A DNA stretch of 64,000 nucleotides from the human T2T-CHM13v2.0 reference genome, Homo sapiens: NCBI RefSeq assembly GCF_009914755.1, contig NC_060928.1. The stretch is one strand, 5' to 3'. A program made the position numbers and the translations under genes. The notes beneath the pieces are model-generated. The model was not told the origin of the DNA, ran no database searches, and saw nothing but the letters and a program-made list of their open reading frames with translations. Shown here in pieces: positions 44,660 through 60,799 of the stretch (the stretch's first letter is position 1; every line of letters starts with the position of its first letter).

Positions 44660-45485
44660 CTAATTTCATTAAGGACCCACCAACGGTGTAGGACGCTATG
44701 CCTATGTTATCTTTGTTCAACTTTCACAGCAACCCTACTAGAAAAATACAGTTACTGTATTCTTGCAGATAGGAGAAGGTGACTCAAAGAAGTAAATATT
44801 TTGCTTAAAATCACACAGTTTGGGGAGGCTGGGGAGGTTGTAGTGTTCAAATCTACAGCCACAGACCACATGGTCCCATGCCTGCCTCTCCACCTGCCTC
44901 CTGAATCCCTTCATTAACCCTGGCAGGCCACTACCGACCAGCTTCCCCTTAAATCCTTCAGGGACAAAAGGCTTTGAGTTCATTCCTTTTTTCTGAAATC
45001 TAAGTTAATAAAAAAAGGTGAAAACTGTGTCAGAGAAATTTGGTTCAGTTCCACACACATCTGTTGCATGATCATTCCCAACCACATCTTGTGAACAGTC
45101 CCTACCCTCAGGGAGCTTCCAGTCCAGTGAGGGAGCCACACTCATGATCAAAAGCAGCCATAGAATGTGTTAAGTAAGGTACAGATATGCATTCAAGAGA
45201 GTTATTTAGCCCAACTTGGGGTTTCAGGAAAGTTTCCTGGTCAGGTAAAGCCCAGGCTGAGTCTCGAAGGGCAAAGAATATCCAGGGATATAATAAAAAA
45301 AATTTTGATGGCGATTTCAGCAGAAGGTAGTGATTGAATAAATGTGTGAGTTGAGGGAAAGAAAGGAGTCCAGAATGACAGAGATTTTTGGCTTTAGCAA
45401 TCAGATGGAAGGTGGTGCTACTAACCAAGACTGAGAATACAGGAGAAAGAACAGACTGGAAGATGCTGAGGCCATTTTTGTCCAT
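44660..45485 (-). mobile_element. MIR (about 44660-44880) and L2 (about 45050-45485) remnants
   Basis: CACAGCAACCCT...TGCAGAT; GTCCCTACCCTCAGGGAGCTTCCAGTCCAGTG; GATGGAAGGTGGTGCTA. Confidence 0.6.
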
Positions 45486-45660
45486 GCGTCACTACATCAG
45501 ACAGTGACAAGTATCCTTTGGATCTGCCAGGTAAGCTTTCCCAACATGTCTTCAGTTACAGAGTAGAGTCTCTTGGGCATATAAGTGGGCATTTGACCCA
45601 GGTCTGGCCAATTATAGCACCCCACCGTTCTGTCAATAACTCTTGAGCAGCCACATGACT

Positions 45661-45920
45661 TGTGCTGGTTAGCTTTGATTGTTTACAAACATATCCCTAA
45701 CTCAGTGGCTTGAAGCAACAACAATTCACCATTTGTGACAATTCTATGGGTTGTCAGGGTGGGTCTTCCCATCTGAAATGGTCTCGCTATGGCTGGATGG
45801 TCTAGGATGGCCTCATACATGTCTAGTCTCAGCAGGGATGGCTGGGCCTCTCTCTCTACTGGCTGGCCTGGGCTTTCTCACATGGAGGCAGAAAGGTTCC
45901 CCGTGACAAGAGCAGAAGCA
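45661..45920 (-). mobile_element. MLT1 (H-like) LTR fragment
   Basis: AACTCAGTGGCTTGAAGCAACAAC...GGCTGGATGGTCTAGGATGGCCTCA. Confidence 0.7.
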
Positions 45921-45939
45921 CCTCTTGTAGGACCCCATG

Positions 45940-46135
45940 CGCCCTAGGTGGGGTGCTCCCCCGCTGTGCTCCCCTGAACCCTGTATGTCCTCTTCATAGA
46001 ATTTCTGCTGCTTGATGAACTGTCAGGGACTGTTTCCTCCATGACAGCAGAAAGTGTTTCTATTTTATTCATTGCCTCTCATAGTGCCTGGCATCTAGTA
46101 GGTGCTCAGTAATTATATGGGTTATGAATGAATGA
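45940..46135 (+). mobile_element. L2 3' end
   Basis: ATAGTGCCTGGCATCTAGTAGGTGCTCAGTAA...TGAATGAATG. Confidence 0.75.
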
Positions 46136-46826
46136 TTGTGATGCATTCCAAAGATGAACAAATAAAGTGGCTAGTTCAATGAGTCATAGGTTTACTTGAG
46201 AAGGAGACTTAATGGATAGGGCAACATTTCAGATCTCATAGAACTGCAATGCATGGTGTGGGGAGCACTGATGTTTTTCATTCCTGATCCTGCAGGCCCT
46301 GGCCAGCACCCCAGGACACAGGACTTCATGCTCCCTATGCCAGCTTCAAGGGGTACAATAGAGTCTTTCTGGTCACTCCCTCCTCCCGCATTCTGCAATT
46401 GCATGTGTCCTCCCTGCCTGGGTCCTCAGTGCTGGGAAGTGGCCTTCAAGTCCCTAAAGACGACATAGTTGCAACAAGGATTTTAATTGCAACAAGGATT
46501 ATATTGTTCAGCACCACACCACACATCCTCCCCATTCCTTCTCTCTCTGCCTCTCTCTCACTTCTGCACCTCCTTCCAGGGCATCCTGCCTCTCTTTGTC
46601 TCCTAGATGCAGGGACAGGCTCCAAGTAGCACACATCAGTCATTTCGCTACTCCAAATCAGCAGGGCCACCCAAGTCCTTCTGCAAGTGGAGGGGAGGAT
46701 GAGATTGGGTTGGTTTTGGCTGAGCTTCAGCCAGCTAAACTGAGTACCCCCACCTCGTGTTCTTCCAAGGCTTAGAATCTCCAGCCCCACACATATTACA
46801 AAGAATTAAAATACCCACATGTCTAA

Positions 46827-47007
46827 GCAAAGTTTCTCAACCATGGCACTATTAACATTTTGGACTTGATAATTCCTTGATGTGGGGAGTTTCTATCCAC
46901 TAGATGCTAGCGGCAATCTCCCCCTCCAGTTGTGACATTCAAACACATTTCTAGACATTGCCAAATGCCTCTTGGGGGTGAGGGCTCAGTCCTGGTTGAG
47001 AGCACTG
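46827..47007 (+). mobile_element. MER20 (hAT-Charlie), internally deleted
   Basis: TTTCTCAACCATGGCACTATTAACATTTTGGAC...CCACTAGATGC...AGACATTGCCAAATG...GGTTGAGAGCACTG. Confidence 0.85.
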
Positions 47008-47034
47008 GTATAAAGCCTTGAAAATGCACATAGA

Positions 47035-47800
<766 letters not shown>

Positions 47801-48786
47801 TTCCTCGAAAAGAAAGAGTAGCCCCAGGTTTTGAGCACAGAAACCCACAAACCACTTCTCCCTGGGAGAAAAGTGACCTTCCCTCTTCCCCCACCCTTTG
47901 CTCCTCCCAGCATGTAAGAGGAATTTACTGCCTGAAGAAAACTGTTACATAGACCCAGTCTCTTGGTTCTGTTTCTCTCCCACCCTGCCCGCTTCTCTTC
48001 CACCCACTCTGTCTTCCCAGGATTCCAATTAAAGTGACTAATAAGAGCTTTGAGACTGATGGAGGAATTTGGAATTTGACCATCAGCAAAGCTTTAGAGG
48101 CACCAACAGGGGAGAAGTCCTTAAACCCATTCCCTGGAACTAATCCTGCCCTGCCTGACTGCCCTCAGCTCACCAAGGACCCACTCTCTGCAGCGGCCAG
48201 TCTTTCCTCTGGCATGTTCCAGATTCTCTAGGCCAGGGAGTTCAGACCGTTGGCTCCCTTCCTCTCCCCCACAGCCTGCCACTTCACTGCTAATTAGCAC
48301 CTCCAGCTCAGCCAGCACAGGGTGGACAGAAGCAAAGCCATTGCTTCTGCCTCTTGCTAGAGAACAGCTGCTGGGAAAGAGGTGGCAAGCATTGGTCAGG
48401 ATGAGTTTGTGGATATCCCCCAGATTCACTGGACCACAGTTGCTTCCCTCTCCTGTTCACTCCTTATTTCACTCACGCCCTGGTTGGGAGCTGCTTGTAG
48501 GCATGGATTCTGAGCAGGGCTGGAGCTATGGAAGCTCAGTTCAATGGCTTGTTCAATGGCTCTTGGGTATGGCCTAGGAAAGCATCGGCATAGGTGTAGG
48601 TGAGGTGTATGCATGTTGAGGGCAGATAAAGGAAAGTGGGGGAGTAAGAACATCTGGGGCTCAAGTCCTCACTTCCAAGATGACAGAGAAAGAAGAAACG
48701 ACGGTCATGCCCAAAAGGGCCATGCCACGTGCAACCTATTTGCTGCAAGAACTGCACCTGATGCATGTTCAAGGACCAGGCTATTA

Positions 48787-49085
<299 letters not shown>

Positions 49086-50319
49086 AGTTCATCATTTGAA
49101 ACATAGAGGCTGCAGCTTTCAGAGACATTTCTGAAGCAAGCATCTTCGACGCCTATGTGCTTTCTAAGTGTGAAGCTACATCACTGTGTGAATTGTGCCA
49201 TCCACAGCAAGGTAGTCAGGACTTCATCTCATGAAGGCCGAAAGGACAAAGAATCAAATACCTTCATCCCGATTTACATCTGCACGTGCTGCCCCACAAC
49301 CTCCACCAAAGCCCATGTAAGAAGCTGAGTCCTTAAGGACTGAAGAAAAACTATTCTCTGGAGAAAACAAAAATGGAAATTATACGTAATATAGCATGTG
49401 GAGCGTATCTGTGCCAGATACGGTGGGGAGTTTGTGTGTCTGTTAGACCAAGTGCTCTGGTGTAAAGTGCCACATAGTGTTTTCATGGGGAAGAGAGCTT
49501 ATCCATGAATATTAAACCTTAACTCTTTTGCAATCATATCCTTGGCCTCCCCAGTTTGCATGTGAAAAAAAGATCATTTCGGCATCTGTGAATGTTGTGT
49601 CAATTTGACCTGACCGAGTTTAAGTTAGCATCCTAAAAATAGGTGAAGACTGTCTAGGAGAGCAGGGAAAAACTGAACATGGTTGAGTGAGGAGCACATT
49701 AGGAACTGACTTAGAGGTGTTCATATCCCTGCTGGAGGCTTTCCTAGGAAAGGCATGACCTGGACAGCTTCAAAGCATCCGAGGATTCACATGCAGATCC
49801 TCAACCTCCTGCTTGGAATTGACCTGTGGTGAGCCAGCCTCTTCCAACGAGCATCTGTCTCTGGTGCATTTCTCTATGGAGCAGAAATGTCCAAGACACC
49901 AGAGGCATTTCTAGAAACCTGTGGGAGTCTCACAAGAGGAAGAAGAAGTTCCATAAAGTATGGAGAAAGGCTATGCCTTATTTTGTCTATGTAACAATGG
50001 TATGGTTTATGTGTTCTAGAATTCAGAAATAAGAAAGTTAACTAGAGATACATATTTATGTTAATCTGAGAAATCCATTTGGTAGTAGATTGTTGGGACT
50101 GACTTTGCTGCATAGGTTATATGTGTTTCTGAAGCTAAACCTGTAGCTTAGAGATTTTAATAACATGCATTCTGCTGAAAAACAAAAACAAAACAAAACT
50201 CATCTGGGAAGCTGTGCTGAACTACATGCTGCGCCCATGCTCTTCTGCAGACTTCTGACCACTAGTTCTGGGCAGAAAACTGGATGGATGAGGAGCCGGA
50301 GAGCTCTCCTTTTAGCTCC

Positions 50320-50470
50320 TACATGCCAGACAGTGGCCCTCTCTCTGAGCACCTTAATTAATTAGCCCCATGACATCACATTGGGGTCAGCAACATGATC
50401 TCCATTGTACAGATGAAGAACTGAGATGGCGAGAATCTAAGTTACTTGTCTGAGGTCACACAGCCAGAAA
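50320..50470 (-). mobile_element. MIR
   Basis: CTCCATTGTACAGATGAAGAACTGAG...TAAGTTACTTG...AGGTCACACAGC. Confidence 0.75.
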
Positions 50471-50732
50471 GTCTCTGAGAAAGTGTCAAGTTTCCCCTCC
50501 TCGGCCTACTCTCCCTTCCCAACCCTGGAATGTGTTTTCTCGCCAAGAATTGAGCAAAGTATCTTTCAAACAGCATCAGATATCCAGTGCAATCAAGACA
50601 AGTTTTGTGATAAGAAAGTGAGTCCTCAGGGCTAAGGCCTATGGTTTAGTCAATTCCCTGGGAAACAGGTGCTGAAAACATTCATGACATCAGAGAGTGC
50701 TGAGGATACACACAGGGTATACTATTTCTGGT

Positions 50733-50905
50733 CAAAGACAGCTTAATAGGTGTGTGATGGTTGGTGACACAGGGCCCCATCCTTAGGAGGGCCTCATGCG
50801 TGGTTAAATGCACTGCTATCACCATCTTGAAATTCTTAATAATCATTGAACAGGTGCTATATTTTCATTTTGTACTGGGCCCTATAAATTATGTAGCTGG
50901 TCCTG
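50733..50905 (+). mobile_element. MER91A (hAT-Tip100)
   Basis: CACAGGGCCCC...CCATCTTGAAATTCTTAATAAT...TTTTCATTTTGTACTGGGCCC...AAATTATGTAGCTGGTCCTG. Confidence 0.85.
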
Positions 50906-51151
50906 CTTCTGGGAAAGTATCTTGGTCGCCTCCCTGCATTCCCCATTCCCAACCATGGGGCTTCCTGTGGGGCCAGGATTCTATATAGTCTTAGTAAGTG
51001 ATGTTTTCTCGGCCAGTGTTTAAAACCAAAACAAAACAGAAGCCCCAAATTCATGCAACTAAGCAATAAAGTCTCTTCACCGAGCAACACTCCCCCTTTG
51101 AAAGCTGACGCTGCCCCCTTGAGACATTTCCCCCCTCAAAACCCTAGCCCC

Positions 51152-51481
51152 CTATTTACAAATAGCAAAGTCATGGAACCAACCCAAATGCCCATCAATA
51201 ATAGACTGGATAAAGAAAATGTGGTATATATGTACCATGGAATATTATGCAGCCATAAAAAGGAATGAGATCATGTCCTTTACAGGGACATGGATGAAGC
51301 TGGAAGTTATTACCCTCAGCAGACTAACACAGGAACAGAAAACCAAACACCACACGTTCTCACTCATAAGTGGGAGTTGAACAATGAAAACACATGAACA
51401 CAGGGAAGGGAACAACACACACCAGGGCCTGTTGGGGGATTGGGGGTGAGGGGAGGGAACTTAGAGGACAAGTCAATAGGT
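51152..51481 (+). mobile_element. L1PA (about PA8-11) internal fragment: ORF2 end and part of 3' UTR, no tail
   Basis: CAACCCAAATGCCCATCAAT...GACTGGATAAAGAAAATGTGG...CTCACTCATAAGTGGGAGTTGAACAATGA. Confidence 0.9.
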
Positions 51482-51564
51482 CAACAGCCTCCAGAACCCA
51501 CCCTGCCTCCAGTCACATTTTGCTAAGATGTCACCCCAGGGACCTGGCCCAAGGAGGGTGCTCG

Positions 51565-51890
51565 TACACTGACACCTATTGCTACTGTAATGAACTGTCA
51601 CAAAGTTAGTAACTTACAGCAACAAACATGTATTATTTACAGTTCTACAGATTAGAAGCCTGAGCCAGGTGTGGCTGGGCTGCAATTCTTTGGAAGGATT
51701 TGTCCTTTGGAAGGTCCCTACAAGGGCCGCATGCTCTAGGGGCTATTCCTGGCCAGTGGGCCTCAACCTGTGAGCTGGCCAGACCATCCCCAGGGAGGGG
51801 AGGACAAGGTCAGCAAACTTGCCACTCTGATGACCCTTTGATGTCCCCTTCACAAGAACAAGCTCTCCTCAAAGAAAGCCTTTAAATAAC
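51565..51890 (-). mobile_element. MLT1 LTR fragment
   Basis: CTATTGCTACTGTAA...CACAAAGTTAGT...TATTATTTTACAGTTCT-like MLT1 terminus in antisense. Confidence 0.6.
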
Positions 51891-51964
51891 TGGGCGTTTC
51901 TGTCCAGGTAGTACCTATGATAACTGAAGGAACCAATGCAGGTTAGTTTTCCTCAGTGTCTGGG

Positions 51965-52712
<748 letters not shown>

Positions 52713-52969
52713 TGTCAGGGCTCAGCCACCAGGCATGCATCAGTGGGCAATGCTGTCCCAGAGCTGCCCACACATGGAGTGCCCAAATCACTCCTCTGTA
52801 GGAAGTCAGAACCTTCAGGACTGTGTTGCCTAAGGATGCTAGGCAGGGCTCAGGAACCAGAACAACCTCATGCAAACCCTGACGGCCCCTTAACAGCTCT
52901 GTGACCTTGGGCAAATCACTCCTCCCTGTCTCTTTGTTTCCTCAAAAGCAAAATGTGGATGACACCAGG

Positions 52970-53241
52970 ACGAGGCTGTCATTCCTTACCCAAAACCTTG
53001 GGGTCAGATGTGCTTCAAGGTTCACAATTTTTCAGATTTTTGTATAGTGCATTTGCACTACAATAATGCCCACAGTGAGTCCATCATCAAACACAATATG
53101 ACTATTCAGACTAAATAGGTCAGTTTTGCCACCAAATGGATTCACTGGGTCAAGTTTTCTCTCTAAATTAGTTATAAAATAACTTTTGTTCTCAAAGTTA
53201 TTGTTGCTGTTCCTAACTACAGCAAGGATACTGTGGCCCTA
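52970..53241. mobile_element. MER46C-like Tigger relic inserted in a MIR (about 52880-53340)
   Basis: CCTTACCCAAAACCTTGGGGTCAGATGTG...CAGTTTTGCCACCAAATG. Confidence 0.6.
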
Positions 53242-54350
53242 TAATTACTTCATAGAGTTACTATGTGGATTAAAAGAGTTATAATACAGGAAGCACTTAG
53301 GCCCATGCCTGATGCACAGAAAGCACATAAATGTTTAGGAACATCTGTAGCCAGTTTTCTTGCACAGTTCTACATTCCATGCCTAGCATGTGCTGTTACA
53401 GCTGTTGGGAATGCATTTTCCCTGGTGTTTCTGCCTGGAGAACTCCCATTCACCTATTCAAAGGTAACTTGGTGTCACCCCCACCATGCAGGTGTCCTTG
53501 ACCACTCTCCTCTAGTCACACCTGCACCCCAGGCCTACTTCTCTGCTGGCATTCCTCACACTGCATTATAACTGGCCTAGGTCCATCTCCCCTTCTAGAT
53601 CTCGTGAGTAGGAATGATAGCTTGCTTACCTGTGTATTCTTAGCACTTAGCACACACTAGGCCCATGTCCACAAATGTGTGGAAAATGGAATTTAATCAG
53701 ACACCTAAATCTCTCAGCCTGCCAGTCTCCAAGCAGGTGCAGAAAAGCACATCCCAAAAAGGGCTCCCTCACTGCTCTCAAATCTGAACAGAGACTAAAA
53801 ACACCAATTTGCACATTCAGCATTATCACAACAGTGCCTGGAGAACTTCTTTTGCTCCTTAAAATACTTCATCTGTCTCATAAGCCCAATTAATATCCAC
53901 CAGAAATGGCCCTGGCCAAAGGGAGACTTGGGAGATTAATTAGCACTTCAGCTATTCAGCAAAAATTTATCTGAGTCCAAAATCTCTCCCTTCAACCTTC
54001 AGACTGAAGAAACACCTGGCCACCCCAGGAAGCCCCAGGGGGCCAGCCTGGACGGCTGCTTCTCCGGGGCCTGCTGCTTCCACAGCGTCAGGGGAGGTCC
54101 GGGCACAGGGCCAAGGGGCGGCTTTGCTTTCACAGTGCTTTGTATTTCCTCTTCCCTATGAAGACACCAACAGTTAGAGGTGGGCCCTGGCTAGGTCTAG
54201 AAGGCCCCCACCAGCCTCCTCACACTCACATAATTGAAAGGGAGAGAAACGCAGCAGGGCCCCCCAGAGGAGGGCTGGAGAAGCCTCAAAATAAACAAGC
54301 ACCAGCTAGGGCTTGAGAATCATTCACACTAAAAGAAAAAAGGACTTGAG

Positions 54351-55103
<753 letters not shown>

Positions 55104-55540
55104 GATTACTGTCCTAGATGAGGGTGGTCATCAGACCTCATCACCCTGTGGGTGAGCAAAATCACCTATGTCATGTGGCCACTGTTGACAGGATGCAGGT
55201 GAGGATTAAGTCCTCCCCACCTCTCAGTTGCATTTAACATCTAGAGCCTGGCTGTCTTTCCGCCCATTTGTCAGTGGCTCAGAAACACTTACAAAGGACC
55301 CTCCTATCTTGGGTCACAGAGAAGACTAAATCTAGGATGCCCCTAAAGACAATTTAGTCCCATGAAGAACTGCACTGTGTCTCCGGCCTGCCTGAAAAAG
55401 GGGCATGACTGATCGAGGGAAGTGTCTGCTCCTCTCCAAATGAGGTGATTATAAAAGTCTCCAGAGATAAGAAGGGACCTTAGAGAAGAGCTCCATGAAC
55501 CTCCATATTTAGAATTAACAAATTTACTAGAATACAGACA

Positions 55541-55589
55541 TACAGCAGAAATCCTGAAATACAGCGGAAATCCAGAAATACAGTGGAAT
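55541..55589. repeat. 19-bp tandem repeat, about 2.5 copies
   Basis: ATACAGCAGAAATCCTGAA ATACAGCGGAAATCCAGAA ATACAGTGGAA. Confidence 0.8.
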
Positions 55590-56209
55590 GACAGCATCAG
55601 TGTGCTTGTCCGGTTCTGGGGGTAATAACTACTCCCATAGCAGGGCTGGTCCTTCCTGGGAAGCAGCTGCTGCCCCTGATTTAGTCCTCACACCAATCCT
55701 AGAAAAGAAGGTTTCCTGTTCCTCTCCCAAGGTGCAGGTTAAGGTTTGTGCCCAAAGCTACTTATTTGAGGCTTTCTCCAGGGTCCTTTTTCACCTCCTA
55801 CTTCCTAACAGCTTTTCCCCACACATCTAAGGGACAATCCAAGTATCTATTCCCATCCCCACCCCCATCCTCCCCCAAGAAAACAAGTTACTCCACCCCT
55901 ATAAAGTATTCCAGGTCCTAATACTCTCCCTGCTCCTGTGAAACTCCCATTCCCTCAAGGTGTCAGCCCTGTGTTAGAAGAAAATATGTGCTGAAAGCAC
56001 TTTACACCAACGTGTGGATTCCTGTGGAGGGAACACACCCACGGCTATTCACATGCCTAAAATTGCACCTGTTGTCAACCCTAAGGAATCTGGGCTGGAA
56101 TTTCAGTCACTCTAAGGAGAGCCACACAACAATACTGAGGTGGGAGAAGGGTGATGTTCACCTGATGGGGACACAGCATCACTCCCAGGCCACCTGCTTC
56201 GGGGCCTGA

Positions 56210-56382
56210 ATGTCTCCAACCCCCTGGCTATAAGAACCACCAGCAACACTTGATAAAATGCAGATTCCTGGGTCTGGCCCCCAGAGATACTAATTCTGTA
56301 GGTCTGGATGGAGCCCTGAAATCTACATATTCAACATGCAACTCAGATGACTCCGATGCAGACGGCCATAGACCACACTGTG
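56210..56382. mobile_element. MER5A
   Basis: TAAAATGCAGATTCCTGGG...CCCCAGAGA...GTAGGTCTGG...GACCACACT. Confidence 0.75.
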
Positions 56383-56740
56383 CACTTCAGTACAACTCAC
56401 TCATGACTGACTCCTGCTTCTCTGTTTCCACCCATCTCCAGCCTCTCACAGCTGTTTTTCCCAAGGACTAGGGAGAGTTAGTAGGAAAAAGGTTGCCCCC
56501 AAAGTTTTCCATGGACAATGTAGCCAGAATGACCTCTGCCAATACTTGATACTTAGTAATTTACAGATACAATTGCCTGGAATTTGCTTCAATCTAATCC
56601 AAAGGGGGAAAAAAATAGCTAAAGAGGACATGGCAAAGATGCCTGATGACATTAGACTTTCCACTGTGCAGTAGAGAATATCAAAAGTAAATTTCCAGAT
56701 TTTTTACTCAGGAAGGCCAGATTTAAAAAGGAAAAAAATT

Positions 56741-57071
<331 letters not shown>

Positions 57072-57084
57072 TTAAAAGAAAGAA

Positions 57085-57400
57085 AGAAATGTCCAGATTT
57101 TGATAACTGTGCTGTGGTTATATTCTTGTTCTCAGAAAATATACACTAAAATATTTAGAGATAAAAGGACAGAATGTCTCCAATTTATTCTTAAATGGTT
57201 CAGAAAAAAATATATAGATTCTATACATACACACGTATATAACGTATATACATACACAGAGGAAATGATAAAGCAAATGAGGCAAGATGTCAGCTGGCGA
57301 ATCTGGATAGAGTCTACGGGAGATCCTGATACTATTCTTAACAACTGTTCTATGAGCTTGAAATTACACATCACAGTAAAATGGTTTCAAAGAAAAAAAA
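57085..57400 (+). mobile_element. L1MC4/L1ME-like 3' end
   Basis: TTTTGATAACTGTGCTGTGGTTAT...AAATGGTTCAGAAAAAAA...GATAAAGCAAATG. Confidence 0.75.
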
Positions 57401-58366
57401 TCCCCAGGTGCATGTGAGGCAGCGGTAACAGTTCTCTTTACCTTTGTATATGTTTCACACTTTCTATAATTTAAAAAAATTACCTATACAACGCTTCAGG
57501 TGATGGTTTGAGTGACGCTGACCCCAGGCTAGCCCGAGAACCTAGACACAATATACAGCCTCATGGGAAAATGAATTGTGAGTGACGAGTACACCTAAAT
57601 CTGCAGTGCCATCTTCTACATCATATTCCCAACCCCTAACACCAAAAAGAAATAGCTTCGCAATTTTATCTTTATGGTGTTATTTTTCTCTGATGATAAA
57701 ATTAATATCAATTCTTTTTGGGGGGAGGAAATCGTATACAACAGCAATTGTAAACCAGAAAATAAAATCACATTTTAGATACACATTGCTTCTACTGCAA
57801 AAGGAGTTTCTATTCAGACAAGTGAGTGAAAGCCCCAGAATTCAGACAGTGCTGTAATACCTTTCTTTACATGGTTTCGGGACATAACTTTAAGCCAGAA
57901 TAACAGACTGTTTTTTTTTAAGTTCTCATTAAACTAGAACCGTGAAAGGGATAGAAGCTGAAGATTATACGGATTATGTAAGAAGAGGATGCAAATGCAG
58001 AGGTGATATTAAAAATATCTGACAACCCACAGGGCACCAGCTAATCAAAACCAGTCAGAACAGATGCAGATTTAAGCCCTGCAGCTGGGCCAGGCAATAA
58101 CCCTTTAGCTCCTGGATTGTTGGCGATTCCAGGAGTACCAGGGAAGGCAGCAGCTATTCACTATTTCAACATTTTAACAACTAGTAGAGCCACAGTGGAG
58201 CACACTAATGGAAGCCCAGCTCTGTCTGTAGGGAATATTAGCTCTAATAGCTGTGACTTCTTCCAGTTCTCATGGGAGCTCTGCCAAGTAAAGTGCAGAT
58301 CTCATCTATACTCACAGGGTAGTGGCTTCGCTCACCACCCCCCATCCCCCCAGCTCCAGATGATGC

Positions 58367-58919
58367 TGTAGGAAACCAGAATATGCCGCTCCAAAATACA
58401 CTACTCTGGCATAAGGATTATTTTGAGCTGAAAGCAATTGAAAAGAAGCAGATACAAGAAGAGCTCTCTGCCCTCCCCTTATTTGCCTAAAAGCAGGACA
58501 CAGATTTACAAAGGCAAAAGGGTCTTCCTCCCCTCTTTATAAGGAAAAGCAAAGGATGACCATGCAAGACAAAGTTAGACCCCTAGCAGCTTTAAGACAT
58601 CAAAGGAATCTACATAACAAGCCTTACTAACCACCCTTTATCAATTTGCCTTCCCTCCAGACTCAAAGTCCTTTTCGTTTGTCCTGTCACTTCCTTATAA
58701 ATTTACTGTTCTTTGTTGAAAATCGTATGTAAGCCTGAATGCAAAGTCACCTCCTTGAGAATTACTCGTTTCCTGGTTACCTCCCATGTATACCTGAGGT
58801 ATATATGTCAATAAATTTCGATTTGTTTTTCTCTTGCTAGTCTGTCTTTTGCTGCAGGGGGTCTTTCCCTGCTAAAAATGACAAGGGGTGGAGAGAAAAT
58901 TATTTTTTCTCCCTCTACA
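58367..58919 (+). mobile_element. Solo ERV1 LTR, MER34 family (MER34B/C-like)
   Basis: TGTAGGAAACCAGAATATGCC...GGCATAAGGATTATTTTGAGCTGAA; similar to 2837-3400; AATAAA; ends CCCTCTACA. Confidence 0.85.
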
Positions 58920-59722
58920 GAGTCTACAGTAATTTGAGTATAGCTAAAAAATGCTAATGACTCACCCACTCTTCAATTGCTACACAGCCAAACAATGGAT
59001 GTGGGGGTGAGAGGTGGAAGGGGGAGATATGTAGGCATTATTCACACTTCCTAACAAATATCTCCTTTTGCTAACAGAGACGCCAGGGCAAAACAAATGT
59101 TTCTGGGGACACTCAAGTGAGTCATAGGCTGAGAACAGAGATGAGCTTTATTGTAACCATCTGCAAAAGCTTCTTACGAACCTATTAGAGGGGTGGGTTG
59201 ATAAACTATTCCACGGGACAATTACATTTTAGAAATTCATTTTTTTAAGAAAGAAATTCATTTCTAACTTCATGCATGGAAGTTTGAAAGTAAGAATATT
59301 TTCCATTATCTACCCCTGCCTAAAGAATAGTAAGTTGGTTAGGGTACTGGGGGAAATTACAGCTGTTCCTTTCAGTTATGAAAGGGAGAAGGGTAGAGAC
59401 CTGGTCTTTGTTTTCTTACACAACGGGTGGCCCAGGCTGTAAGTGATTAATTACTTGCTTAATAAATGCTTTTTGATGTTAAGGAGGAGGGTGCTATTAG
59501 AGACGGCCTTTCCAATTTAGGTCATAGGCTGCATTTGTAAGCCACTGTCTCTTCAGAGAACCAAGCTAAAACCAACACAGCCCAAATAGCCAAGTGTGTG
59601 ACAATCTTGATAGAATAGGTAGTGATATAGGAAGAAAATAAATTTAAACCTGATTTCTAAACTCTATTCATGTCTTGTTTCATTTTCAAGCTCATTGATA
59701 TTTGATGTTTTTTCTCTATTTA

Positions 59723-60042
<320 letters not shown>

Positions 60043-60799
60043 TCAAAAACTTCCCAATAGCCACCAGGAGCAACGTAGATCAAGCACTTACCTTAAGTAG
60101 GCATTGTACATGCCTTGTTTGACTGAAAGGTTTTACACAATGGCTATGCCACAGTCCCGCTCTACACATTTTTCTGACATCTGCCCTTTAAAATAAGGTT
60201 TTCCGTCCACTCCGGCCAAAAGCTATTGTTTTGTTTCACACAGTTAGCTCCCTCCTCCTAAGCAAGATCTTTGTTCCTAGATTGTTTGTGCAAATAAAAA
60301 GTACCTGCTGTGTGAGGTTAAGTGAGGATGCACTGGCCTTATAAATGCTCCCTTTTGAAGCAAAATCTGAGGCAAGAGAACAGAAATCCTGTTAGGACTT
60401 CATCAGTGAGATTCTGTGTCACTTGAAAGATGTGGAAAATGACCAACCAAGAAAACGATCAGTCTGGGGAAAGTATGTCACCATGGAGAATCTTGGTAAA
60501 GAACACATTCTAAGTCACTGGTTTTCCCTTTTTTTTTTTTTCTTTTAATTCAGTTCCAGGAACCCTCCCACAAGGGTGTTTAAAAATTCCCTGTGCCCAG
60601 AGTAACCTACCGCTCTACTGGGAAGAGCACACTGAAATGTAAAACACAGGAGCCAGACCTTTCCAGGGAATGGAGGCAACACCAAGGAAGGCCTTGGAAG
60701 AGGTGTTGGCTGTCTCAGCAGCCACGCCCTCCGCTTCCTTCGAGCCAGAGCCTCTGTTTCATTTGGCTCTTTTGCCCTTGCCTCATGTGACTCAGTGGC

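Noticed and set aside
45525-45540. Plus-strand donor CAG|GTAAGC (also TAG|GTGAGT near 17810)
   Set aside because: Isolated donors with no convincing paired acceptor; expected by chance in 64 kb.
49228-49250. CTCATGAAGGCCGAAAGGACAAA resembles the hammerhead ribozyme core CUGAUGA-GGCCGAAAGGCC-GAAA
   Set aside because: The catalytic G5 is C, the GAAA after stem II lacks its G, stem II is mismatched, and I see no flanking stems I/III; a chance match.
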